Source: a virus
Reading direction: 5' to 3' (one strand)
Virus record (IMG/VR): IMGVR_UViG_3300017991_000077
Coordinates: 33,476-97,475 of that record
DNA: 64,000 nt
The translations under genes and the position numbers were made by a program. Positions within the stretch are counted from its first letter, which is position 1. Every line of letters begins with the position of its first letter. Under the pieces are notes generated by a model. The model was not told the DNA's origin. It was given only the letters and a program-made list of their open reading frames with translations, and ran no database searches. Positions 47,502 through 56,053 of this stretch are shown here, piece after piece.

Positions 47502-48328
47502 CATCTATTCAAGAAGACAAGAAGGTATCTGTAGTAATCCCTACTATCGGTAGAATCGAGACTCTTCCGGCAGTGATCACCGCAGTTGAATTTCAAACCT
47601 ATAATATGATCGATGAGATTATTATTTTGGATGAAGCGGCTTGTCCGATTTCGGAGTCTTATCCCGTGAATCAGGCTTTAGATGTTCTTTCGGTAAGCGG
47701 TATCGATGTAAAGATCCTTCGTAATCGCAAGCGGAAGGGGATAGGAGCTGCTCGACTATTGTTGGCGAAAGAAGCCAGGAATGAGTTGATTTTGATGATA
47801 GACGACGATGTAGTTCTATACCCCAGGTGCTTGGAAATCTTGGTAGAGTCTCTTGGACTTGAGTATCCCTGGGCGGTCCCACATTGTTTTTTAGTGCCCA
47901 AGGCTTTAGAGCTAGATGGATATATCGATTGGAAGGTAGATCCAGATAATCCGGAAGTTTTGAAGTGGACTCAAAAGTACCCATGGTTTATTCCGTATTT
48001 TAGATACTCTACGAGAGTCATTACTCAATTGGAGATAGCCGGCACGCAGAGCATATTGATTCGAAAGACTCGTTTTTTGAATTCTTGTTCACGTTTACCT
48101 GAGCTTGGGAATCTCCCGAGGGAAGATACCTATATGACCAAGAAGATGGGATTAGGGGTTTTTGATTCTTATGCGGAATGTCTTCACTACGAGCATCCAT
48201 CTCAAGTCGACAGAGGGAATTGGGGATCTTCTATGTTTTATCGACTCCATGAGGCTATCAAACGAGACCCCGATGCATTCCTGGGGTTTATTCGTAAGTT
48301 CGACAGTTCAGAAAAAAGGAATGGATGA
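47498..48328 (+). CDS. Glycosyltransferase, GT-A fold (GT2-like)
   Basis: 'SVVIPT.GR', 'GIGAAR', 'MIDDD', 'ED'. Confidence 0.82.
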   Translation: MTSIQEDKKVSVVIPTIGRIETLPAVITAVEFQTYNMIDEIIILDEAACPISESYPVNQALDVLSVSGIDVKILRNRKRKGIGAARLLLAKEARNELILMIDDDVVLYPRCLEILVESLGLEYPWAVPHCFLVPKALELDGYIDWKVDPDNPEVLKWTQKYPWFIPYFRYSTRVITQLEIAGTQSILIRKTRFLNSCSRLPELGNLPREDTYMTKKMGLGVFDSYAECLHYEHPSQVDRGNWGSSMFYRLHEAIKRDPDAFLGFIRKFDSSEKRNG

Positions 48329-49101
48329 TGTATCCAGTTTTTGTGATCAATTTAGACCGATCAAAAGATCGTTGGGAAACGATGCTCAAGACTTTTCCTT
48401 TAGATAATCTCCAGCGAATTCGGGCAGTAGATGGAAGACAGTGGGAGCTGGGGGGAAAAACGGATGATACTGGAAGGGTTCTTTGGGATCCAGAGAAGGT
48501 AACAATGTTGAAGGATTTGGGTGTACTTGGAGACCATCCGATTTATAGCATAGGAGGTACGAACCCCCTCTGGCCAGGAGTTCCCTGTGACTTGGGTTGT
48601 ACGTTAAGTCACGCAAAGATATGGAGAAAAATTTATCAAGAGCAGATACCCTGGGCGGTCATTCTTGAGGATGACACTGAGCCTACGGAGTTTGTGGCTA
48701 ATCGGAGGTTATGGGACGTTTTAAGGTATATGATACCTATGGGGGCAGATGTAGTGCTTTTGTCTGGACATCAAGAGGGCACTAATAGTCGAGAACTCGA
48801 CCGCGATGGCCAGTTTATTGGGGGATTTGGGACTGAGGGATATGCTATCTCTTGGAGGGGTGCTGAAGTAGCGTTGCACGCAGAGTTCCCGATGTATGAG
48901 ACGTTAGACCGACAGTGGTTTAAGCGAGGTTTTTTGTCTTGCCTAATGAAAAATCAGATTCCTCTTCCGCCAGTTCCCTATAAGGTTCGAGCATATGGTC
49001 TTCGAGAACCGATTATTCGGATTTCTGCAGTAGGAGACACAACTACGTTTTCTCATACCGGCAATAAAGAGTGGCACCTACAGAAAGGAAAGGACCAATG
49101 A
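48325..49101 (+). CDS. Glycosyltransferase family 25-like
   Basis: 'FVINLDRSKDRW', 'AVDG', 'GC.LSH..IW', 'ILEDD', 'GYAIS..GA'. Confidence 0.85.
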   Translation: MMYPVFVINLDRSKDRWETMLKTFPLDNLQRIRAVDGRQWELGGKTDDTGRVLWDPEKVTMLKDLGVLGDHPIYSIGGTNPLWPGVPCDLGCTLSHAKIWRKIYQEQIPWAVILEDDTEPTEFVANRRLWDVLRYMIPMGADVVLLSGHQEGTNSRELDRDGQFIGGFGTEGYAISWRGAEVALHAEFPMYETLDRQWFKRGFLSCLMKNQIPLPPVPYKVRAYGLREPIIRISAVGDTTTFSHTGNKEWHLQKGKDQ

Positions 49102-50654
49102 GTAAGAACGAGACTTCGATTGTTCCGATAGAAGACCCCCTTTCTCTAAGTAAAGAGAAGCTCGAAGCTCATTTGAAACGATGGGATAGAGATCTTTCTG
49201 AGGAGAATCGATGTTATGGAATGAAGCTGCTTTTAGCAGGAGCTGAGCAGAAGAAAGTTCGGGATGGTTTGTATCGAGCCGGGATTCGACATATTCTCGT
49301 CTCGTATTACTACCTGAGAAAGTGGTTAAAGAATCGACCTGCCCAGGAGATTGCAGAAGACTTTGGTCGTTTTGATTTCGTGTTTCTGGATTCTGGAGGA
49401 TATACGTTGATGGTCCAGAACGAAAAAGAAGGCGTCCAGGTAGATATTAACGAGTATTCCAGCGAGTATTATACTGAGCTAAAACGTATTGGATCTATCT
49501 TTGCAGGGTGTGCTGAAGTGGACCTTCCGAATAAGTTGGGATGGGATTATTATGAGAGCATCAAACAAGAGATGGTGGATGAAGGGGTGCCTATAGTCCC
49601 TGTGATGCATGGAAAACCCTTAGAGTTCTATGGGGATCTTGGATGGTTTGATGATTATCCTTATATTGCAATCGGCTCTTTGGTACTTACAACCCCCAGT
49701 TATCGAGGATGGGTGAATCAAGTATTTGATGTGTGTAAGGAAAAAGGAATATTAGTTCATGGTTTCGGGGTCACCGATACCAAGACTATGCTCAAATCTC
49801 AGTATTATTCTTGTGACTCAACTACCTGGTTAAATGGGTCAAAGTTTGGGTCTACGATGGTTTTTGAGAATGGTCGAATTCGGCATTATGATCATCTTAA
49901 TAAGGCTGTGCGTCGAAGATTTAAAAAGCGTTTTGAGGATAATGGTATCATTTGGAGTGACATCGAGGCGGATAAGGGTTTCGAAGTAGACATGATGAAT
50001 GCGCTTGCTTGGAAACAGCTCGGTGACTACGTGAGATATTCTGCTATTAGAAGCTATTGGCTCACTCCAGAGGAGAAGGATAGAGCGCTTACGTTAAAGT
50101 CTAAGGCGTTCAATGCTGAAGGGGTTATTGATCGAAAAGTTTCGATAGAGCGAGCGGAAGCCAGAAGATTACTGGCAGTGGAAGATCCGGATTCAGATGA
50201 CAGATCTCATGAGATACTCCATTGCGATACTTGCCACGTGACTGGACGATGCCCTCGGTGGAAAGCAGGGGAAGCTTGTGGATATGATATAAATGTTCGT
50301 TTAGAGTCTCAAGGAGACCTACAGAAAATGCTTCAGATATTACTGGAGGCTCAGTATGGAAGGGTTATGACCGGAGTACTTTTTGAAAAGCTTGAAGGAG
50401 GAGTGCTCGATAAGAATCTGTCTGCGGAGCTTCAGCGGACTATTGGTATGGTAGCAGATATTAAGAGTATCTTTGCACCCAGAGTTGAAGAGGAAATAGA
50501 GATTCGGGCTAAGGGAGGTAAAGGGGCTTTGTCCTCAATTTTGGCAGGCGTCTTTGCTCCTACAGGTGTTGGAAAATCAGGATCAGGAAATTCGCAGGTT
50601 CAGAGGGCAGCTAATAAGATTATTGATGTGGAGCCAGACGTATCAGAAGATTGA
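49098..50654 (+). CDS. DpdA-like (TGT-fold) deazaguanine-DNA transglycosylase with a C-terminal Cys4 extension
   Basis: 'LVSYYY', 'FLDSGGYT', 'VPVMH', 'IAIG', 'VHGFG.T', 'SCDSTTW' TGT/DpdA-type motifs; lies in the que cluster. Confidence 0.72.
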   Translation: MSKNETSIVPIEDPLSLSKEKLEAHLKRWDRDLSEENRCYGMKLLLAGAEQKKVRDGLYRAGIRHILVSYYYLRKWLKNRPAQEIAEDFGRFDFVFLDSGGYTLMVQNEKEGVQVDINEYSSEYYTELKRIGSIFAGCAEVDLPNKLGWDYYESIKQEMVDEGVPIVPVMHGKPLEFYGDLGWFDDYPYIAIGSLVLTTPSYRGWVNQVFDVCKEKGILVHGFGVTDTKTMLKSQYYSCDSTTWLNGSKFGSTMVFENGRIRHYDHLNKAVRRRFKKRFEDNGIIWSDIEADKGFEVDMMNALAWKQLGDYVRYSAIRSYWLTPEEKDRALTLKSKAFNAEGVIDRKVSIERAEARRLLAVEDPDSDDRSHEILHCDTCHVTGRCPRWKAGEACGYDINVRLESQGDLQKMLQILLEAQYGRVMTGVLFEKLEGGVLDKNLSAELQRTIGMVADIKSIFAPRVEEEIEIRAKGGKGALSSILAGVFAPTGVGKSGSGNSQVQRAANKIIDVEPDVSED

Positions 50655-50696
50655 GCGGCAAGGAGATTTAGGGTATAAGGAAATAGGAGGTAAGTT

Positions 50697-51104
50697 ATGA
50701 GGTTTCAAGCATCAGGACAATTTTTGGCGGGACAGACCGATGTAGATCCAGCGGCTGCTCCGAATACGATTTTGTTGCCCCATTTGTTGGTTCCAAGACC
50801 GAGACGTGAGGAAATCAACGCGCCTTCTGTTTTGAAGTTGGCATTGCTGGGTACAGGGGCCGAGACGTTAACTGTGTCGTTGTATGGTCTCGTAGAAGAC
50901 GTTGACAGGCCACAATCACGGGCAGATCTTAAGGCCGCAGGAATCCGATGGACTGTATTTGCGACCGGTGTTGTAGTGACCAACGGAGCCTATACGAATG
51001 TTACATCAGACCTACCTATCGGCGGCATTCTTTATGCTCGAAGGACTGCGGACACCATTACAGCACTTCAGACCCGTGCTTTGCACATGGCTTGGGGATT
51101 CTAA
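50697..51104 (+). CDS. Hypothetical protein
   Basis: AGGAGGT RBS; beta-rich. Confidence 0.55.
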   Translation: MRFQASGQFLAGQTDVDPAAAPNTILLPHLLVPRPRREEINAPSVLKLALLGTGAETLTVSLYGLVEDVDRPQSRADLKAAGIRWTVFATGVVVTNGAYTNVTSDLPIGGILYARRTADTITALQTRALHMAWGF

Positions 51105-51119
51105 TAAGTAGAGTATTCA

Positions 51120-51731
51120 ATGAAAAAGTTAGTTTTAGGCTTAGGTACCGGAAGGTGCGGAACGGTATCTTTATCGAGATTGTTGGATATTCAGGAGGGG
51201 TATGGGGTTACCCATGAAATGTATAGACTCCCCTGGATTGTAGATACAGGGGAATTCGAAAAAATCGCACATATTTTGAGGAGTACTACTACACCCATAG
51301 CGGGTGATGTGGCTTTTTATCTAATGCCTTATTTTGAGTTATTTTCTAAGTCTTTTGATGTTCGGGCTGTTTGTTTACAGAGACCCAAGGAAGAAGTAGT
51401 TGAAAGCTACCTACACAAGACTGAAGGAAGAAATCATTGGTCTTTTTATTCTCAGTCTTGGCAGAATAAACTTTGGAGACAAGAGGAGGAATGGGATCGA
51501 TGTTTTCCGAGTTATTCTCTGGCGAAAAAAGAGGCCATTGGGAAGTATTGGGATGATTATTATACGATTGCTCGGGAATACCAGGAGGAATACCCAGCGA
51601 ATTTTCGAATATTCGGTATGGACTACGCATTAAACACAGAAGACGGGCAACGTGATTTGTTAGGATTCGTTGGAGTAATGCATCCGATTACGTTGTCTAA
51701 AAACAGACTGAATGTCAGTAAAAGGAGATAG
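51120..51731 (+). CDS. Sulfotransferase-family (P-loop) protein
   Basis: 5'-PSB loop 'GLGTGRCGTVSL'; HE; 3'-PB 'LQRP...VVES'. Confidence 0.72.
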   Translation: MKKLVLGLGTGRCGTVSLSRLLDIQEGYGVTHEMYRLPWIVDTGEFEKIAHILRSTTTPIAGDVAFYLMPYFELFSKSFDVRAVCLQRPKEEVVESYLHKTEGRNHWSFYSQSWQNKLWRQEEEWDRCFPSYSLAKKEAIGKYWDDYYTIAREYQEEYPANFRIFGMDYALNTEDGQRDLLGFVGVMHPITLSKNRLNVSKRR

Positions 51732-51735
51732 GCAA

Positions 51736-52140
51736 ATGACAGAGGATAATAAACAGGAAGCCGGATTTAACTATGATGAATGGAAAAGTCAGGGTGAGAT
51801 GGCGCTATCTCAGCTTCGACTGAAGGAGGAAAGCCTTGAGTCTGCGCTCAAAGAGGTGAACGAGCAAATAAAGGGACTGGAGACTTCTTTAGGTCTCGTA
51901 AAAGGCGGGAAAAAAACTCGGGTCAGGATTCGTCCAGCGATTGTTCAGTGTATGAAGGAAGAGGAACGCAAAGATGCTCCGCTTTTGATAAAGGATTTGA
52001 TAGCTCTGGTACTGTTGGCTGTTCCACAGGCAACCTCAAGCAGTGTTGATCGAGCAATTCGACGTTTGGTTTCTGATACTCCGGCATATAGTATTTCGGG
52101 AGACCTTATCGCAATAGACCATTCTTTGTTGACAGACTAG
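51736..52140 (+). CDS. Coiled-coil + wHTH-like hypothetical protein
   Basis: AAAGGAG RBS. Confidence 0.5.
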   Translation: MTEDNKQEAGFNYDEWKSQGEMALSQLRLKEESLESALKEVNEQIKGLETSLGLVKGGKKTRVRIRPAIVQCMKEEERKDAPLLIKDLIALVLLAVPQATSSSVDRAIRRLVSDTPAYSISGDLIAIDHSLLTD

Positions 52141-52158
52141 TCTCGTATTTCTCTCTAA

Positions 52159-52186
52159 TTGACAAAACTTTTCTATCTGCTATACT
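52159..52186 (+). promoter_or_regulatory. TTGACAAAACT promoter
   Basis: TTGACA-16-TATACT with an extended -10 TGn. Confidence 0.8.
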
Positions 52187-52337
52187 CTATTACCCTACTG
52201 TGAGTTCATATTTTGCATGGGCTGCATAGTATGGTATCGTTGAATCATCATAGCAAAGGAGGATTTCATGGGAGGCTGAGGCGAAGCTGGAGACGGCTAA
52301 GGATAAGTTGAAGTCTCTTAGAAGTTAGGAGGATTTC

Positions 52338-53057
52338 ATGGGAGTACCTGATACATCTAAGTGGAAAAGACTTCCAGGTAATTTTGATGTTCTGAATCTT
52401 GTTAGAGATGAAGAGTATTATAGCGACAATGAGTATGGAATTCCCGTCGTTCAAGGTATCGAAGCGCTCGAGCCTAATTTTGTGGAGTTGTGGACTAGGC
52501 GAACACAGATAGAAGGCGAAGAACTAGATCTTGCATGGCACTTCTTTACAGATGATTACCGATTCGAGCCGGTTTGGAATAAACCAGATAAATACCTCGA
52601 AGAACTTTTAAGGGCCGAGGCAGTATTCACGCCAGATTTCTCTATGTATCTTGAGTGGCCTAGAGCAGCTCAAATTTGGAACACCTATCGAAATAGATGG
52701 TTGGGTGCTTTTTGGGAGAGTCACGGTATCTCTGTTATTCCTACGATCACTTGGGGAGATTGGCGAACCTACGATTTTTGTTTTTCTGGGGTAGCTCAAG
52801 GAGCGACGGTGGCTATTTCTACGATGGGTGTCCTTCCTAGTGATAGTGATAAAGACCTTTTTAAATCGGGATACTACGCAATGGTGGAGGCAATACAGCC
52901 ATCTTTAGTGGTTGTATATGGGGAACAGTGGGAAAAACTAGGACTCGATGACGTAGTGCCAGTGTGTCGATATGCTCCTACGGGAGTACTTGAGATGAGA
53001 GCGAGGCTTGAAAAAGCTTTAGATAGACGACAATTGAAATTATTTGTTTTCGATTAA
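52338..53057 (+). CDS. DUF4417-family protein
   Basis: 'HFFTDDYRFE.VWN.P..Y', 'PDFSMY', 'QIWNTYRNRW.G..W...GI.VIPTITW', 'VAIST.G', 'VYG'. Confidence 0.85.
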   Translation: MGVPDTSKWKRLPGNFDVLNLVRDEEYYSDNEYGIPVVQGIEALEPNFVELWTRRTQIEGEELDLAWHFFTDDYRFEPVWNKPDKYLEELLRAEAVFTPDFSMYLEWPRAAQIWNTYRNRWLGAFWESHGISVIPTITWGDWRTYDFCFSGVAQGATVAISTMGVLPSDSDKDLFKSGYYAMVEAIQPSLVVVYGEQWEKLGLDDVVPVCRYAPTGVLEMRARLEKALDRRQLKLFVFD

Positions 53058-53079
53058 TGCATTATTTAGTTACAGAACC

Positions 53080-53108
53080 TTGACAAAACTGATATGCATC
53101 CTTATATT
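53080..53108 (+). promoter_or_regulatory. TTGACAAAACT promoter
   Basis: TTGACA-17-TATATT. Confidence 0.7.
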
Positions 53109-53150
53109 TATATTATGTACAGAGGTTTACAACTAGCAAAGGAGGATTTC

Positions 53151-53810
53151 ATGGGAGGCAGAGGGTCAAAAGCAGGTGGCGGCGGAGGCGGTGGAGGTGG
53201 AGGAGGTGGTGCTGTTAAAAAGGCGGTTGCGAAGAAATTTACGGCTAAAGAAGTAGAAGCTAGGAAGGAGCAGGCTGAACGGTTAGCGAAGGCTAGTATA
53301 GCTATTCGGAATAACCCTAAAGCTACTAAGGCAGATAAAGCGATTTCGGTAAAAGATGCTGAGAAGGCTGTGAAAAGATTTGAGGAGGCCAAGAAGGCGG
53401 TAGCTAAAAAACCAGATAAAGGAGCTGTAGCTAAGAAAACTGTGGCTAAAAAAGCAGAGACTCGAAAACCAATAGAAAAGACTGAGGGAGGTAAATTATT
53501 ACCCGGAGGAAAAAAGTTAGAAATCTCAGCCGATGGTAAGACAGCGACGTCTAGCAAGTTGACAGAAAATCAGTTTGATAGAGTAAAACGGGGTGTGGAA
53601 GGGTCTAAGGACTGGAAACGGATGGAAAGAGAGCCGCACGGAGGTATGGGGTCAAGCGCTTGGGGGAGTACTACCAGGTATGTTAATAGTAAAGGAGACC
53701 GCATGACCTTAGATATAAGTGGGACGGAAGGAGGAGGTATGAGGCCCAGCAGACGTGCTCGTTTAGAGTTGAATAAGCTTTCGTCTAAAGAAATTGAAGA
53801 AGCCAGATAG
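53151..53810 (+). CDS. MGGRG-leader, poly-Gly, Lys/Ala-rich (histone-H1-like) basic protein
   Basis: AAAGGAGG RBS before ATG 53151; MGGRGSKA-(G)13 followed by AVAKK/TVAKK repeats. Confidence 0.7.
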   Translation: MGGRGSKAGGGGGGGGGGGGAVKKAVAKKFTAKEVEARKEQAERLAKASIAIRNNPKATKADKAISVKDAEKAVKRFEEAKKAVAKKPDKGAVAKKTVAKKAETRKPIEKTEGGKLLPGGKKLEISADGKTATSSKLTENQFDRVKRGVEGSKDWKRMEREPHGGMGSSAWGSTTRYVNSKGDRMTLDISGTEGGGMRPSRRARLELNKLSSKEIEEAR

Positions 53811-53860
53811 ACTTTAGCCACCCCATTAAAGACTATATATCATTCTTTTTTGTTGTTTTC

Positions 53861-53888
53861 TTGACAAAACTGTTTACTCTACTATAAT
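53861..53888 (+). promoter_or_regulatory. TTGACAAAACT promoter
   Basis: TTGACA-16-TATAAT with an upstream T-rich UP-like tract. Confidence 0.85.
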
Positions 53889-53946
53889 TGATCATATATT
53901 CAATCGAACGAAAAGAGGAACACAAAAACAATAGGAGAGGTACGTC

Positions 53947-54678
53947 ATGATGGTCAAAAAACCTAAGATTCGGAAGCCAACAAAACAACAGTTGGAATTG
54001 TATCAGAGGATGATGAGTGAGCGTATGGGACCTAAGATAGAGATGGGGACTTCTATGTTTACTGTTCCAGTCGATCACTCTACAAATTGGAACGCAGATA
54101 CTTTGGCTGTAATTGGTAAAGAAAAGCGGCCATACCTGATGGGTGAAGGATTGGGGTCTTCATTTTTTTCTGCACCTAAGTACACTGTAGTGAGATCGTC
54201 AGAGGAACAGGAGGCATTAGAAAAAGCAGAGCTTGAGTATAAGTTAGAAATGAAGATACTTGCCAAAAGGAAGCGAGAGCGTATGCGAAAGTCTGAGAAG
54301 GCTTTGAAGAAAATGCTTCCTGACAAGATAGAAACTAGCAAAGTCTTGGTACATCAGCGAATTTTTCATATGACTTGGGCTCGTAAGGACTGGGAGACTC
54401 GAGCGAATAAATGCGGGGGGCTTCTTGAGGGCATCGATGTGGCCAAGACGGATTATGGGCGCTTGTTGATCGTGCCTGTAATTGAAGAAGAAGAAGCCAA
54501 GGATTTAGGTTTGTTGGAGGAGAAGGTTCCGAAGAAAAGACAACTTCGGGATTTAGATGGCCGGCGATTTTGGGTAGCGGCTGAGATTAAAGAATTTGTT
54601 CAACGTGTGTTTGGAAGTGTTCGGTGGAATAGACCTTTGTCAATTTCAGAGGCTGAACAGTTTGGGGTTGGGGTATGA
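53947..54678 (+). CDS. Hypothetical protein
   Basis: AGGAGAGG RBS after the promoter. Confidence 0.6.
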   Translation: MMVKKPKIRKPTKQQLELYQRMMSERMGPKIEMGTSMFTVPVDHSTNWNADTLAVIGKEKRPYLMGEGLGSSFFSAPKYTVVRSSEEQEALEKAELEYKLEMKILAKRKRERMRKSEKALKKMLPDKIETSKVLVHQRIFHMTWARKDWETRANKCGGLLEGIDVAKTDYGRLLIVPVIEEEEAKDLGLLEEKVPKKRQLRDLDGRRFWVAAEIKEFVQRVFGSVRWNRPLSISEAEQFGVGV

Positions 54679-54948
54679 TTGAAAGTACATCTAAAGTGGA
54701 TATCTTTGGTCTTTTACTTTTAATCATTTTCGTCGTGTGGACGGTGGAACGGTGTGTTGGATAAGGAGCAGCCATGGAGGAAAAGAGAAAGAAGAAACGT
54801 GATTGGGAGTTGGAAGAAGATGAGGAGTGGGAACGGGTAGAGCCTTTACGGCGTCGAAAGCCCGCCCCGAAGTCACCAGTAATCGGCACGAATTTGAGGA
54901 AGCAGTTGGAAGAATGGAAACAACGAGAAAAGTAGACGGAGGTTCTTT

Positions 54949-55185
54949 ATGTCTAGTTCTAATGAGAGAGTTTCGACGTTACCCGGTATTCCTGATTTAG
55001 CTCAGCGATTACACGAGGACAGAGCAAGAGTGATTTTGTGCGCTTATAAGGCTGAAGTAGGAGATTGGCACTACATCAGATTTAATGACAACGGGCCTGG
55101 AGTGGAGACAGCAGAGATAGGGGCAATGGCGAAAATGCTGATGTGGCTCAATGAGCTTCAGGCGGCAGATGATGAGATAGATTAA
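54949..55185 (+). CDS. Hypothetical protein
   Basis: GGAGG RBS. Confidence 0.5.
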   Translation: MSSSNERVSTLPGIPDLAQRLHEDRARVILCAYKAEVGDWHYIRFNDNGPGVETAEIGAMAKMLMWLNELQAADDEID

Positions 55186-55932
55186 TTAGGGCCATAGAAT
55201 AACATCGTAGTCTAATGATTTTGGATCTGTAGGAAGAGCATCTATTTTAACTGTCGGATTCTTAGTAAGAGCAAACGTATAATTCAATTTTGAAAACATT
55301 TCATTTATTGAGGCTATGTCCGCACCCAAATGAGCGTGAAGCTCCAGAAGAATGATAGGTCGGTATTCAGCAATAGTCTCTTTAGCGCCTTCAAAGACTC
55401 TGTGTTCTGAACCTTCTACATCTACTTTCATGAGGTGTAGATTTTTCAGATTCATATTATCGAGCTGTTTGGTATATACCAAACATTGAGATGAATCTTG
55501 AGTCTGAGTTGGTTGGAGTTGTTCTTCGTTTAACGTATGCCAGCCGCTTTCTTTTCCTAAATGTAGTATCGCGGTGGAGGTGGAGTCGCTTAAGGCTGCA
55601 TTAATGGCAGTGATGTTTGCGAATTGATTTTCTTGGATGGATCTTACAATCCATTTGAAATTAGTAGGTTCTGGCTCGAAGGCGTATATTCGGCCTTTGT
55701 TGATAAGGGTTGCTGCGAAGAGAGCAAAGTCTCCTTTACAAGAACCAACATCAAGAAAGGTCATATTCTCTAGAAGGAGGTTGCTCAGTAGTTTGAACTT
55801 AAATGTTTCGTAAGTGCCAAGAACTCTGGCGACCATTTTGTATGATTCTTCTAGGTCCAGATATACGGTATAGTTGTGGGGAGTTTTATATTTTCTGTGT
55901 TCCATGCGTCGAGTGTAACACGAAGATTTCAT
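55186..55932 (-). CDS. FkbM-family SAM-dependent methyltransferase (start 55932 or 55905)
   Basis: 'FLDVGSCKG.FAL', 'IYAFEP.P.N', 'ALSD', 'KVDVEGSE..V..GA', 'LELH'. Confidence 0.88.
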   Translation of the reverse strand: MKSSCYTRRMEHRKYKTPHNYTVYLDLEESYKMVARVLGTYETFKFKLLSNLLLENMTFLDVGSCKGDFALFAATLINKGRIYAFEPEPTNFKWIVRSIQENQFANITAINAALSDSTSTAILHLGKESGWHTLNEEQLQPTQTQDSSQCLVYTKQLDNMNLKNLHLMKVDVEGSEHRVFEGAKETIAEYRPIILLELHAHLGADIASINEMFSKLNYTFALTKNPTVKIDALPTDPKSLDYDVILWP

Positions 55933-55955
55933 TTTAGTATTCAAAAGCTTGCCTC

Positions 55956-55983
55956 TTGACAAAACTTTTCATTATGCTATTCT
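55956..55983 (+). promoter_or_regulatory. TTGACAAAACT promoter
   Basis: TTGACA-16-TATTCT with an extended -10 TGn. Confidence 0.75.
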
Positions 55984-56053
55984 TAACACATACCCAATAG
56001 ATGGAAGGCAGAGAAACCGGCTGAAAAGCCGAATTTTTTCAAAAGGAGAAGTC

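Noticed and set aside
52268-52300. Stop-codon reassignment suggested by MGG-TGA-G
   Set aside because: TGA, TAG and TAA all terminate well-conserved genes at expected positions throughout the window.
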